This document shows positions 49,601 through 57,658 of a DNA stretch of 64,000 nt, one piece after another. Source of the DNA: Candidatus Parcubacteria bacterium (GTDB lineage: Bacteria; Patescibacteriota; Minisyncoccia; Phycocordibacterales; EsbW-18); assembly GCA_039798445.1 (NCBI GenBank), contig JBDKFZ010000012.1:2407-66406 (forward strand), given 5' to 3'. The translations under genes were made by a program, and so were the position numbers. A model generated the notes under the pieces. It was not told the DNA's origin. It saw only the letters and a program-made list of their open reading frames with translations, and ran no database searches. Within the stretch, counting starts at the first letter, position 1, and the number at the start of each line of letters is the position of its first letter.

Positions 49601-49970
49601 CTGCACCACTGCTTGGATCAAGTGCGCTCCACGTCTCTCCACTATCCTCTGATCTATAGAGAAGGCCTGAGGCCCCGCCCCCTACAAGTAAGTTGGTTCC
49701 AGTAGAGTCTGATTTGACACTACGTGCTCCGTTCCCTGATGGACCCACAAGGTGTTCGGCCCATATTCCCCCAAAGTCGTGTGAAATGAAAATACTATTT
49801 GTTGAATTTCCTGCAATAAGATTTGAACCGTCGGCGTCTGAGGCAACAGCTCTCCATGCAGTTGAGGCATCTGTAGTAAACCATTCGTGAGATGCAGCAA
49901 ACACCGGCGTCACTTGGAGGAGAAGTGCGACGGTTGCGAGAGTTGCAGCGAATTTGCGGAGTAGTTTCAT
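46638..49970 (-). CDS. giant secreted surface protein P4 (about 1110 aa): signal peptide, BNR/Asp-box-like propeller, Big_5-like Ig domains, PD40-like repeats, shared C-terminal module, peptidoglycan-binding domain
   Basis: Likely start MKLLRKFAATLATVALLLQVTPVFA at 49970. Tail EEEEDGGGSSSHRRGGGSG...LLTLLRTLITQFIAQGGTPSPAMLAFLG...YTRDLDLGAQGDDVLQLQLFLMTQNKGPAAQSLASNGATGFFGPLTQAALAEYQAPVGITPAVGFFGPVTRAYVNSL. Confidence 0.85.
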   Translation of the reverse strand: MKLLRKFAATLATVALLLQVTPVFAASHEWFTTDASTAWRAVASDADGSNLIAGNSTNSIFISHDFGGIWAEHLVGPSGNGARSVKSDSTGTNLLVGGGASGLLYRSEDSGETWSALDPSSGAVEYWTGIASDADGSNLAAVTSATSTIYTSFDGGDTWEEHTATSTQINIISVDSDADGSVLIIGTFNGFIYVSDDGGDTWVERRPAGDTEKNWDKVASDADGSNLIVAGGNTLVYTSSDGGANWMERQPTGFPTEGWGSVASDDTGTNLLAGVNGGSLHSSDDGGDTWFEEQPGGVNSYAWQAVASDADGSNLIVATVEGGLYVTPEPIVLDSFTPSDNAREVVVGTNLTLVFNKDIATTTGNITIHKASDDSLVETVDVAGPKATLSDTTTLEIDLDADLEEATEYYVLIDTGAIEDDGGAPFVGISDETQWSFTTDAPPVVETFSPADDAEDVSITVFSGGTPTIVFDQDVVVGTGNITLKKVSDDSTVATFDVTDADALEAEDENVYIYQDVDLEYATAYYLLIDEGAFVDGTGNSYVGIADETTWNFTVQDVPAPPALDFERVNVNNEGEEGDSTGFNVSLSTDGRYVVFSSGATNLVSDDTNGWDDVFVYDRDLDTIERVSVSDLGEEGDSNSQTPSISSDGRYVAFRSATTNLIPDDTNDTFDVFVYDRDTDTVERVSLNDLGQEGDGASYDPILSNDGRYVAFYSDATNLVTDDTNSRSDAFVYDRDTDTIERVSLDDEGGENTENVQGAVRISGNGNFVTFSTSGLLVPEAIEGYNHLYVYDRDADTVEMVDKNDLDEEGNSDIAGGGVAISADGRYVAFSSNADNLVSDDTEGVQDVFVLDRETGVMERITNDDADSSYAPVISADGRYVAFGQTTDDGEGDYAGVYRYDRTTDTLLYITEGSSNSDGSGYSDSPAISNDGLIIGFVSDATNLVTGDTNSSTDVFVWEEVVEEETPPADDEEEEDGGGSSSHRRGGGSGTTGGSSDLLTLLRTLITQFIAQGGTPSPAMLAFLGTPTTTSNLYTRDLDLGAQGDDVLQLQLFLMTQNKGPAAQSLASNGATGFFGPLTQAALAEYQAPVGITPAVGFFGPVTRAYVNSL

Positions 49971-49998
49971 GTAATGGGAGCTAAAAACAATATCAAAA

Positions 49999-50010
49999 GT
50001 ATACCAAAAA
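49999..50010 (-). promoter_or_regulatory. extended -10 box TGGTATACT upstream of P4
   Basis: Minus strand reads gggtttttGGTATACTtttgatatt, about 30 nt upstream of ATG 49970. Confidence 0.4.
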
Positions 50011-50043
50011 CCCCTCAACTCTTTGGTTTTTGGGGATTACTCT

Positions 50044-53000
50044 CTAGAGTCCATTAATATGCGCCCTCGTCACTGGTCCAAAGTACCCTGCTGCTGGGGT
50101 GATGCCGACAGATAGCTGGTATTCAGCAAGAGCCGCTTGGGTGAGAGGTCCAAAAAGGCCTGTGGCTCCAACGACTGCAAGTGCTTGAGCCTGTGGTCCT
50201 TTGTTTTGAGCGATGAGGAAGAGTTGGAGTGCTGTTACGTCAGAGCCTTCGCTGTTGATGTCGAGATCGCGGGTGTATGTGCCTCCTGTAGTTGCTGGAG
50301 CACCAAGGAATGCGAGCATCGCTGGTGATGGGGTGCCACCTTGTGCGATGAATTGGGTGATGAGGGAGCGGAGGAGAGCAAGAAGATCTTGTGATGTGCC
50401 GCCTGAAGCAGGAGCAACTCCACGTCCTCGGTGAGAAGAGCTGCTGCCTCCCCCACTGTCGCCGTTGTCGTCATCATCGTCATCGTCACCAGAAGGAATC
50501 TCGTCTTCAATCAGTGTGTAGATAGCCAGTCCACCCGTGAAGGCTCCGCCGGCATAGAGTTCAGACTGGTCTGGCGAAAGAATGAGAGTGTTAACAGAAC
50601 TATCGATATCATCCACAGAAGGGCTGAAATCGCTTACCTCACCCGTCGCACTATTTACACTAGCGATTCTGAGTCGATCCAAACCATCGATTTGAGTGAA
50701 GTCACCACCAACGTAAAGAGTTGATCCATCGGAACTCAAATCGAGCCCTCGCACAGTGCTGTCGGGGTTAGGAGCAAAAGCGGTGGCAATACTATCGGCA
50801 ATGGTAAACTCTGCGAGATAATTACGTGTGGCATCTCCCCCGTTTACATCTCCAAAGTCTCCACCGGCAAAAACGGTTGATTCATCAAGAGAGAGCTTGA
50901 GAGCCCTCACTGTGCCATCAACATCCGGATTGAATGCTGTTACTGCACCATCTGCAGTTGTAAATGATGCAAGACGGCTGCGAGAGGCGGCACCGTTGTT
51001 GACTGTCGTGAACGCTCCTCCGGCATAGAGAACTGATTCGTCTGCAGAAAGCTCGAGAGAATTCACTGTCGAGCTCATATTCGGGTTGAATGCCGTCACA
51101 ACACCGTCCACCGTTGTGAATGCAGCGATACGCCTGCGCGATGTGCCTCCATTCACCGTCTGGAAGCTTCCTCCTGCATAGAGGATGCTGTCATCAGAAG
51201 AGAGCTTGAGGGCGTTCACCGTGCTGGCCATATTCGGATTAAACGCTGTTACAACTCCGTCCACGGTCGTAAACGCAGCAAGACGGTTTCGAGTTGTTCC
51301 AAGACACCCCCCTTCACCATCAAATATCCCATTTACACAGATAAACGTCCCGCCAACATAGAGCGTTAGTCCATCAGAAGAGAGTGCCAGCGCATTAACG
51401 GTATTGTTTATATCTGGATCAAAAGGCAAAAGAGTGTACGACGAGAGATCAATTGCGGCTACGTTATGACGAGTAGAAGCACCCGCCGCGGTGAAACTAC
51501 CACCGATATAAACGACACCATCCGCGACATCCGCCGCAGCCACACCTCCGTTCAGAGCAGGATCAAAATCTGTAACATTACTTGTAGCTAAATCAAACTC
51601 AGCAAATCCAGCTCGAGGTATATCACCATTCACCGTAGTCAGCTCTCCTACCGCATACAGCGTCAAACCATCCGAAGAAAAATCCATTCCACTTACTCTC
51701 CCTCCAGTAATATCAGGATCGAAATCAGTAGCGATACTAGTTGTTACATCAACAGCCGCAACTCCATTTCGGATTGTCCCCCCATTCACATCTCCAAACG
51801 TACCTCCAACATAAAGCGTCTCTCCATCAGGAGAAAGGAGAAGAGAGTACACACTGCCGTTAACGTTGGGGTCAAAATCAGTAGCGATACCCGTTGTAGC
51901 ATCAACAGCTGCGACACCGTTCCGCTCGACATATTCTGAAAGACTAAATGATCCACCGATATACAGTGCTGTACCATCTACGGCAATCTCAGAAATTCCT
52001 GAGTTTGAACCTGTAAAACCCGGGTCAAAATCAGTGACTAACGATGTTGTCGTATCAAACGCCGCGATACCAAGTCGCTCAACGTCATCATTTACCATGC
52101 TTATATTTCCTCCGACATACACCAGAGAACCGTCTTCCGAAAGGGCAATACTTGTTACAGAGTCGAACTCACTAATACCGGCGTCAAAACTCGTTACCGT
52201 TCCTGTCGTTGCATCGAATGCAGCAAGACGATTGCGTGTAGTTCCGCCATTCACTGTACTGAAATACCCTCCCGCATACACCACCGATCCATCTACGGCT
52301 ATTTCGTTAATCGTATCATTAACATTGGGGTTGAAAGCAGTTACCTCTCCTGTCGTTGCATCAAACGATGCAAATCTGTTGCGTGTTGTGTCTCCATTCA
52401 CTTCAGTAAAATCTCCGCTGATGTATACGACTGAACCTGCGAGCACCATACTACTACCAGCTTGGAATGAGTCTCCAAGATCTGGATCAAAAGAAGTCGC
52501 AACGCTGGTATCTGTGTCAAAAGCCGCTGCTCCATGTCGAGTCGTTGCTCCGTTTACCGTCTGGAAGTTTCCTGTCACGTACAAAGTTCCATCATCGGGA
52601 GAAAGTGCAATAGCATTAGCGCCCCCTTCTATGTTTGGATCAAAGTCTGTAGCAACACCTGTTTCTGTGTAGAAAGCGGCAACTTTATTTCGAGTGGTTG
52701 CGCCCCCGTTAACCGTAGAGAAGTATCCTCCCGCGTACAAAATCTCTCCATCCGAAGAAAGCGCCAATGAAATCACTGAGCTATCCAAATCTGGATCAAA
52801 GTTGGGGTCGACAGTGCCATCTGCGAGTATGTGGGCTAGACGATTACGCGCGGTGTTTTGAGCGGTCAAATTTGTAAAGTTTCCTCCGACATACCAACCG
52901 CCGTCTCCATCAGAAACAGCGACCGCCGGGTTGCCCCCATTGACTGTCGGCAACAAACTTTTTTGTTCGGCAGTCGTATCAAAAATGAATTCTTGAGCAT

Positions 53001-55470
53001 ACGTATAATTGTTTACTGAGGTCATGTTTGGTCCTCCCATGTACACCACACCATCGTCATACGCCAATGCCACACCGGCACTTGAATTAGGTGCTGGGTC
53101 AAAATCCAAGACCTCCGAGGTATCAGTATCAAATGCGGCAACGCGTCTACGTGGATACGCCCCGACATTACTGATGGAGCCAGAGATAAAGAGGATTGTA
53201 TCGTCTGGTGACAATACTAAGGCACGCACGGCACCGTCTGGGTCAGGTATGTCAAAATCTGTTGCCACGCCCGTCTCTGTGTCAAACGCGGCGACACCGC
53301 CACGCGAGACTTCTTCATTGTTTACATAACTAAAACCTCCACCTGCATAGAGAATAGAACCATCAGAAGAAAGAACGAGAGATTCAACGGTGGCATTTAC
53401 ATTCGGGTCAAAACCTTCATCAACAGTTCCCAGGCTCGTGATATGCGCAATATTATTGCGATCTGTTCCTCCAACAGATGTAAACGTTCCTCCGATATAC
53501 CAACCACCATCTCCATCAGAAACAACTACTGAAACTTGTCCTTCTACTTCGGGAAAAGTACTAACCGCTGCCTGTGTTGTTTCGTCAAATGGTATACCAC
53601 CACCCGTTGTGCCTCCACCCACAGCAAAGTCAAAGTTTCCACCAACGTAGAGTGTTGTGCCGTCAGTAACAACGGCGTTTATTGGTCCGTCAAATGAAAC
53701 TCGATTCTTAAGTTCATCAAGAACAGCATCTGGTGGTGGTGCAGCTTGGGTCGTAAAATTCCACGTTGTTTCATCTGCAATTCCTCCATACGCGTTTCCG
53801 TTTTCATCTTCGAGCGCTCCCGCATCGATGGTGAAGTAATACTCCGTTCCATATTCAAGGGCTCCCGTTTCCGGATATAGGTAGACAGTACTACCCCCAG
53901 CCTCTACAGCATCTCCGTCCGTAACATCAAAGGTTTCAACCGTACTATCATCAGAAACCTTTTTAAGAGTTATGTTTCCACTTCCTACAACCATGCTCTG
54001 ATTAAACTCGATAGTAACGTTCTCCTCTGCAAGAAATTCTATTGCAATATTTTCTGCATCATTTGCAGGTGAAAAACTGACAACAACAGGGGCTGTGTCG
54101 GTCGTAAAACTCCATGCCGTTGGATCAGAAATACCTGCAAATGCGTTACCGACAAGGTCTTCAATCGCACCTGCATCTATAAGAACGTAATACCCAGTCG
54201 CTACGTCTAATATCGTAGTGGGATCAATCGTGAGATCTGTACCAGAAACCGTTACCTTGGGACCAGCTACATCTATTGTTTCAATAAGCGAATCATCGCT
54301 TGTTTTATATAGCTCAATAGAACCCGTTGAAGTGGCAATGTCTTCGTTAAAAGTAATCGAGAAGGTTCCATCAACGGCAACTTCTGTTGCTTCGTCTGTG
54401 GGGTCAAACGATAGAACAAAAGGGCCCGTGTTGTCAGGAGCTAAAAAGAAAGCACCGTAACTAGCAAAAGCGATATGGGTTCCATCGGCGTCGGAAGCAG
54501 CGAAGCTTGCTGAGACTTGTCTGTTTCCTCCAGGATTCTCTTCTAACCACGTTTCACCGCTATCCTCGGAAGAAAAAAATCTTGGGGAACCACCATCGTT
54601 GCCGTATACAAACAAATTTGATCCACTTGCATCTGATGTGCCCGCTCCCCAATATACGCCAACATCCCCTGCTGGCTGACGTTCTGTCCAATCCACCCCT
54701 CCGTTTGAAGATGTATAAATACGTCCACTACCACCTGCACCCACAATAAGATTAGATCCATCGGCGTCTGAGGCAGCTATGTTCCATGCTTTACCAACAT
54801 CTCCCGCCGGCTGACGTTCTGTCCAATTGGCACCGCTGTCGCTTGATGTATATACACGACCAGAACCAATATAAGCATCAGCAAAAGTATCAACAACAAG
54901 AAGATTTGAACCATCTGCGTCCGAGGCAACAACATTCCAATCCCTATCAACATCCCCTGCTGGCTGACGTTCTGTCCAATCAACTCCTCCGTTTGAAGAT
55001 GTATAAAGACGTCTACCGCCCGCAGCTACAATAAGATTAGAGCCATCCGCATCTGAGGCAGCAGCGCGCCAGTAGTTGTCAATATCACCCGCTGGCTGAC
55101 GTTCTGTCCAATCAACTCCTCCGTTTGAAGATGTATAAAGACGACCAGAGTACACGCCCGCAACTAAATTGGAACCGTCGGCATCTGATGCTACCGGCCT
55201 CCATTGCTGGTCCTGAGCCCCACCCGGCTGACGTGCTGTCCAATTGGCACCGCTGTCGTCTGATACGTAGATATATCCCGAGCCATCAGCAAGAATGAGA
55301 TTCGATCCGTCGGCGTCTAATGCAACACCGTTAAAAGCGATCTGGTCGTTAGTAGCCGCGCCTGTCGGTCGAGGCTCACCCCACGTGTGTTCTGCAGCAA
55401 ACACTGGCGTCACCTGAAAGACCAGGCTGAGAATTGCGAAGGCGGCGACGCATTTGCGTAGGAGTTTCAT
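50044..55470 (-). CDS. giant secreted surface protein P5 (1808 aa): signal peptide, BNR-like propeller, Big_5-like Ig domains, about 25 delta-60-like repeats, shared C-terminal module, peptidoglycan-binding domain (mosaic of both subfamilies)
   Basis: MKLLRKCVAAFAILSLVFQVTPVFA signal. N-terminus like P4, central repeats like P2/P3. Tail DDDDDDDNGDSGGGSSSSHRGRG...LLALLRSLITQFIAQGGTPSPAMLAFLG...PGBD. Confidence 0.85.
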   Translation of the reverse strand: MKLLRKCVAAFAILSLVFQVTPVFAAEHTWGEPRPTGAATNDQIAFNGVALDADGSNLILADGSGYIYVSDDSGANWTARQPGGAQDQQWRPVASDADGSNLVAGVYSGRLYTSSNGGVDWTERQPAGDIDNYWRAAASDADGSNLIVAAGGRRLYTSSNGGVDWTERQPAGDVDRDWNVVASDADGSNLLVVDTFADAYIGSGRVYTSSDSGANWTERQPAGDVGKAWNIAASDADGSNLIVGAGGSGRIYTSSNGGVDWTERQPAGDVGVYWGAGTSDASGSNLFVYGNDGGSPRFFSSEDSGETWLEENPGGNRQVSASFAASDADGTHIAFASYGAFFLAPDNTGPFVLSFDPTDEATEVAVDGTFSITFNEDIATSTGSIELYKTSDDSLIETIDVAGPKVTVSGTDLTIDPTTILDVATGYYVLIDAGAIEDLVGNAFAGISDPTAWSFTTDTAPVVVSFSPANDAENIAIEFLAEENVTIEFNQSMVVGSGNITLKKVSDDSTVETFDVTDGDAVEAGGSTVYLYPETGALEYGTEYYFTIDAGALEDENGNAYGGIADETTWNFTTQAAPPPDAVLDELKNRVSFDGPINAVVTDGTTLYVGGNFDFAVGGGTTGGGIPFDETTQAAVSTFPEVEGQVSVVVSDGDGGWYIGGTFTSVGGTDRNNIAHITSLGTVDEGFDPNVNATVESLVLSSDGSILYAGGGFSYVNNEEVSRGGVAAFDTETGVATDFDIPDPDGAVRALVLSPDDTILFISGSISNVGAYPRRRVAAFDTDTSEVLDFDPAPNSSAGVALAYDDGVVYMGGPNMTSVNNYTYAQEFIFDTTAEQKSLLPTVNGGNPAVAVSDGDGGWYVGGNFTNLTAQNTARNRLAHILADGTVDPNFDPDLDSSVISLALSSDGEILYAGGYFSTVNGGATTRNKVAAFYTETGVATDFDPNIEGGANAIALSPDDGTLYVTGNFQTVNGATTRHGAAAFDTDTSVATSFDPDLGDSFQAGSSMVLAGSVVYISGDFTEVNGDTTRNRFASFDATTGEVTAFNPNVNDTINEIAVDGSVVYAGGYFSTVNGGTTRNRLAAFDATTGTVTSFDAGISEFDSVTSIALSEDGSLVYVGGNISMVNDDVERLGIAAFDTTTSLVTDFDPGFTGSNSGISEIAVDGTALYIGGSFSLSEYVERNGVAAVDATTGIATDFDPNVNGSVYSLLLSPDGETLYVGGTFGDVNGGTIRNGVAAVDVTTSIATDFDPDITGGRVSGMDFSSDGLTLYAVGELTTVNGDIPRAGFAEFDLATSNVTDFDPALNGGVAAADVADGVVYIGGSFTAAGASTRHNVAAIDLSSYTLLPFDPDINNTVNALALSSDGLTLYVGGTFICVNGIFDGEGGCLGTTRNRLAAFTTVDGVVTAFNPNMASTVNALKLSSDDSILYAGGSFQTVNGGTSRRRIAAFTTVDGVVTAFNPNMSSTVNSLELSADESVLYAGGAFTTVNNGAASRSRLASFTTADGAVTAFNPDVDGTVRALKLSLDESTVFAGGDFGDVNGGDATRNYLAEFTIADSIATAFAPNPDSTVRGLDLSSDGSTLYVGGDFTQIDGLDRLRIASVNSATGEVSDFSPSVDDIDSSVNTLILSPDQSELYAGGAFTGGLAIYTLIEDEIPSGDDDDDDDNGDSGGGSSSSHRGRGVAPASGGTSQDLLALLRSLITQFIAQGGTPSPAMLAFLGAPATTGGTYTRDLDINSEGSDVTALQLFLIAQNKGPQAQALAVVGATGLFGPLTQAALAEYQLSVGITPAAGYFGPVTRAHINGL

Positions 55471-55501
55471 AAAATAAATGGAGGTTAATTACAATATCAA
55501 A

Positions 55502-55515
55502 AGTATACCAAAAAA
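55502..55515 (-). promoter_or_regulatory. extended -10 box TGGTATACT upstream of P5
   Basis: Minus strand reads gggttttttGGTATACTtttgatattg, about 32 nt upstream of ATG 55470. Confidence 0.4.
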
Positions 55516-55547
55516 CCCTCGACTGTCTGAGTTTTTTGGGGATTCTG

Positions 55548-57587
55548 TTAGAGAGTATTGAAATGCCCTCGTGTTACTGGTCCAAAATAGCCTGTTGCTG
55601 GGAAAATACCCACAGATGCTTGGAATTCAGCAAGAGCTGCTTGTGTAAGAGATCCAAAGAAGCCTGTTGCTCCGTTTGCTGCCAGTGCTTGAGCCTGCGG
55701 GCCCTTCTTTTGCTGTATAAGAGCTGCTTGAAGAGCGGTAACGTCTGAACCTGAAGAACCAATATCAAGATCACGGGTATATGTACCTGTTGTTGGTGTA
55801 GTCGTAGGAAGTGTCGATACATCGAGTGCAAGAACAGTGAGCATACCCTGCGAAGGCACCCCGCCGAGGAGGATGTACTGCGAAATAAGATCTTTGAGCT
55901 TGATGATAATCGTTTGATATGTGCTTCCTCCAATGTGAGGCGGCGCTGTCTGACCGTCTTCAGACGAGGTATCGCTTTTTCTACTGCTACTTCCTCCACC
56001 ACCACCGCCACCTCCCCCACCACTATCTTCTTCCTCTTCTTCCTCACAGGCTGAAGTCGTCACTGTTCGGTGGGAACCATATGAAAGCCCTCCTAGCACA
56101 TTCGATGCCCACGCCTTGAAGTGGTACGTCGTCTCACACTCAAGAGAAGAGAGCGTCGTAGAAAAGGTTCCCGTCGAAAAAGTGCCTTCTTCGGTCGTCG
56201 TCGCCCCATACGAGACCGACAGACCATAGGCAAATCCACGGAGGTTCGGATCTTGGCCACCCGTCGTAGCGATATTGCCGTTGAGCGTCACTTCGGTCTG
56301 TCCGATCCCCGATGCGGGGACCGTTATCACACCGGGAGCATCGGCTTCGGGCACATCTTCGAGTTCGACGGTAATGGTTCCCGTACCCGCAGTAGAAAGC
56401 CACCAATCATCCATCACCTCAATCACAAGCTCGAATGATGGGTTCGTTTCAAAATCGATGGCTTCTTCAGTGTTGACGCTAATGGCCCCCGTGTCCGCAT
56501 CGATTGCGAATGCACTATCTGTGTTACCCGAGAGAATGGAGTACGTTAGGGTGTTCCCGCCCAATGCGTCAGTTGCTGTTGTTGTCCCCACAAATGTTCC
56601 ATTGGCACTGTTCTCCATGAGGGAGAACGTCTCATCGGTAACTTCTGGTGTCTCGTTGAACACATCAAAACAGGAAAGATCATACGTAGACATCTGATAC
56701 CCGCCATCATTACCAAGCGTGGCAATTGAGCTGTTGATCGCATCTATATACGCTCCGTAGAAAGGACCGTAGCCAACTCCTGTTACCGTGAGCGCGAGAA
56801 TCGGCTGATTATTGATGAAGAAAAAACCCGGCTGTCCGGAATCCCCGTTGACTTGCGCTTCATAGAAATCAAAGCGGGTCGACGGTGCGTCGGGAGTAAA
56901 GTGATTAAAGTACACATGCTCATTAGCTAAACCTATTGCATAATTAATTTCCTGAATGCTTGCTTTTGCCTCCTGATCAAACAAGAGGAATGGGAACTGT
57001 GGTTCTGAAAGATAACGATCCAACTCCAATTTCGAAATCGCAGGATAAAAAGCTATCGAAGGTGGGACGTCAGAATCAAGCACACCGAGCTGTACATCTT
57101 CTCCTGCATCGGGCTGAAACACCACTGACATCTGCGCTTGAAGCGTACGCGTTGCAACAGAGTTATCATCCGCAACAAAAACAACGGTTGATCCGTTAGT
57201 TATTGGAAAATGTTTTGCAAAAACAATGTGACGAGGAGAAATAAGAACCCCAGCACGTCTAAAGTCCAAGTTGGAGTTCCATGGAGACGCACCTGACAAA
57301 TCCAGTGGAGCATCTCCCTCCGTTATCCATGCCGTTGAGCTTCGTGTCCACGGGTCTGTCGCATTTCCTCTGGTTGAGAAGATTTTCTTGGTGCTGTCGT
57401 TGGCTGTCAGACCATCAATACGATAATCGACCTCATGGTTCAGTTCTGCGACAAGATCCGTCGAAAAAAGATCTTCACAACTTGAAGGCACAAATACCTC
57501 AGCAAAAATGACATGTGGAACAAGGAAACCACTCAGCGCGATCGTGCCCACAAGGAGTCTTTGTGCCTTTAAAAAGAAGGTGGGCAT
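55548..57587 (-). CDS. secreted surface protein P6 (679 aa): signal peptide, trypsin-like serine-peptidase domain, cadherin-like/Ig-like region, poly-Gly linker, peptidoglycan-binding domain
   Basis: His in VLISPRHIVFAKHF, Asp in DVQLGVLDSDV, Ser in VNGDSGQPGF (a GDSGxP motif). Tail EEEEEDSGGGGGGGGGGSSSRKSD...IIIKLKDLISQYILLGGVPSQGMLTVLA...YTRDLDIGSSGSDVTALQAALIQQKKGPQAQALAANGATGFFGSLTQAALAEFQASVGIFPATGYFGPVTRGHFNTL. Confidence 0.7.
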   Translation of the reverse strand: MPTFFLKAQRLLVGTIALSGFLVPHVIFAEVFVPSSCEDLFSTDLVAELNHEVDYRIDGLTANDSTKKIFSTRGNATDPWTRSSTAWITEGDAPLDLSGASPWNSNLDFRRAGVLISPRHIVFAKHFPITNGSTVVFVADDNSVATRTLQAQMSVVFQPDAGEDVQLGVLDSDVPPSIAFYPAISKLELDRYLSEPQFPFLLFDQEAKASIQEINYAIGLANEHVYFNHFTPDAPSTRFDFYEAQVNGDSGQPGFFFINNQPILALTVTGVGYGPFYGAYIDAINSSIATLGNDGGYQMSTYDLSCFDVFNETPEVTDETFSLMENSANGTFVGTTTATDALGGNTLTYSILSGNTDSAFAIDADTGAISVNTEEAIDFETNPSFELVIEVMDDWWLSTAGTGTITVELEDVPEADAPGVITVPASGIGQTEVTLNGNIATTGGQDPNLRGFAYGLSVSYGATTTEEGTFSTGTFSTTLSSLECETTYHFKAWASNVLGGLSYGSHRTVTTSACEEEEEEDSGGGGGGGGGGSSSRKSDTSSEDGQTAPPHIGGSTYQTIIIKLKDLISQYILLGGVPSQGMLTVLALDVSTLPTTTPTTGTYTRDLDIGSSGSDVTALQAALIQQKKGPQAQALAANGATGFFGSLTQAALAEFQASVGIFPATGYFGPVTRGHFNTL

Positions 57588-57602
57588 GACTTCAGAGCCC
57601 TC

Positions 57603-57614
57603 AGTATAGCAAAA
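57603..57614 (-). promoter_or_regulatory. extended -10-like box TGCTATACT upstream of P6
   Basis: Minus strand reads ggttttGCTATACTgagggc, 18 nt upstream of ATG 57587, directly after the P7 terminator hairpin. Confidence 0.35.
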
Positions 57615-57634
57615 CCACGGATTTCCGTGGTTTT
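57611..57634 (-). terminator. rho-independent terminator after P7
   Basis: aaaaccacgg-atttc-cgtggtttt. Confidence 0.65.
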
Positions 57635-57658
57635 GTGAGGATTGGTCGAAGCCAACGT

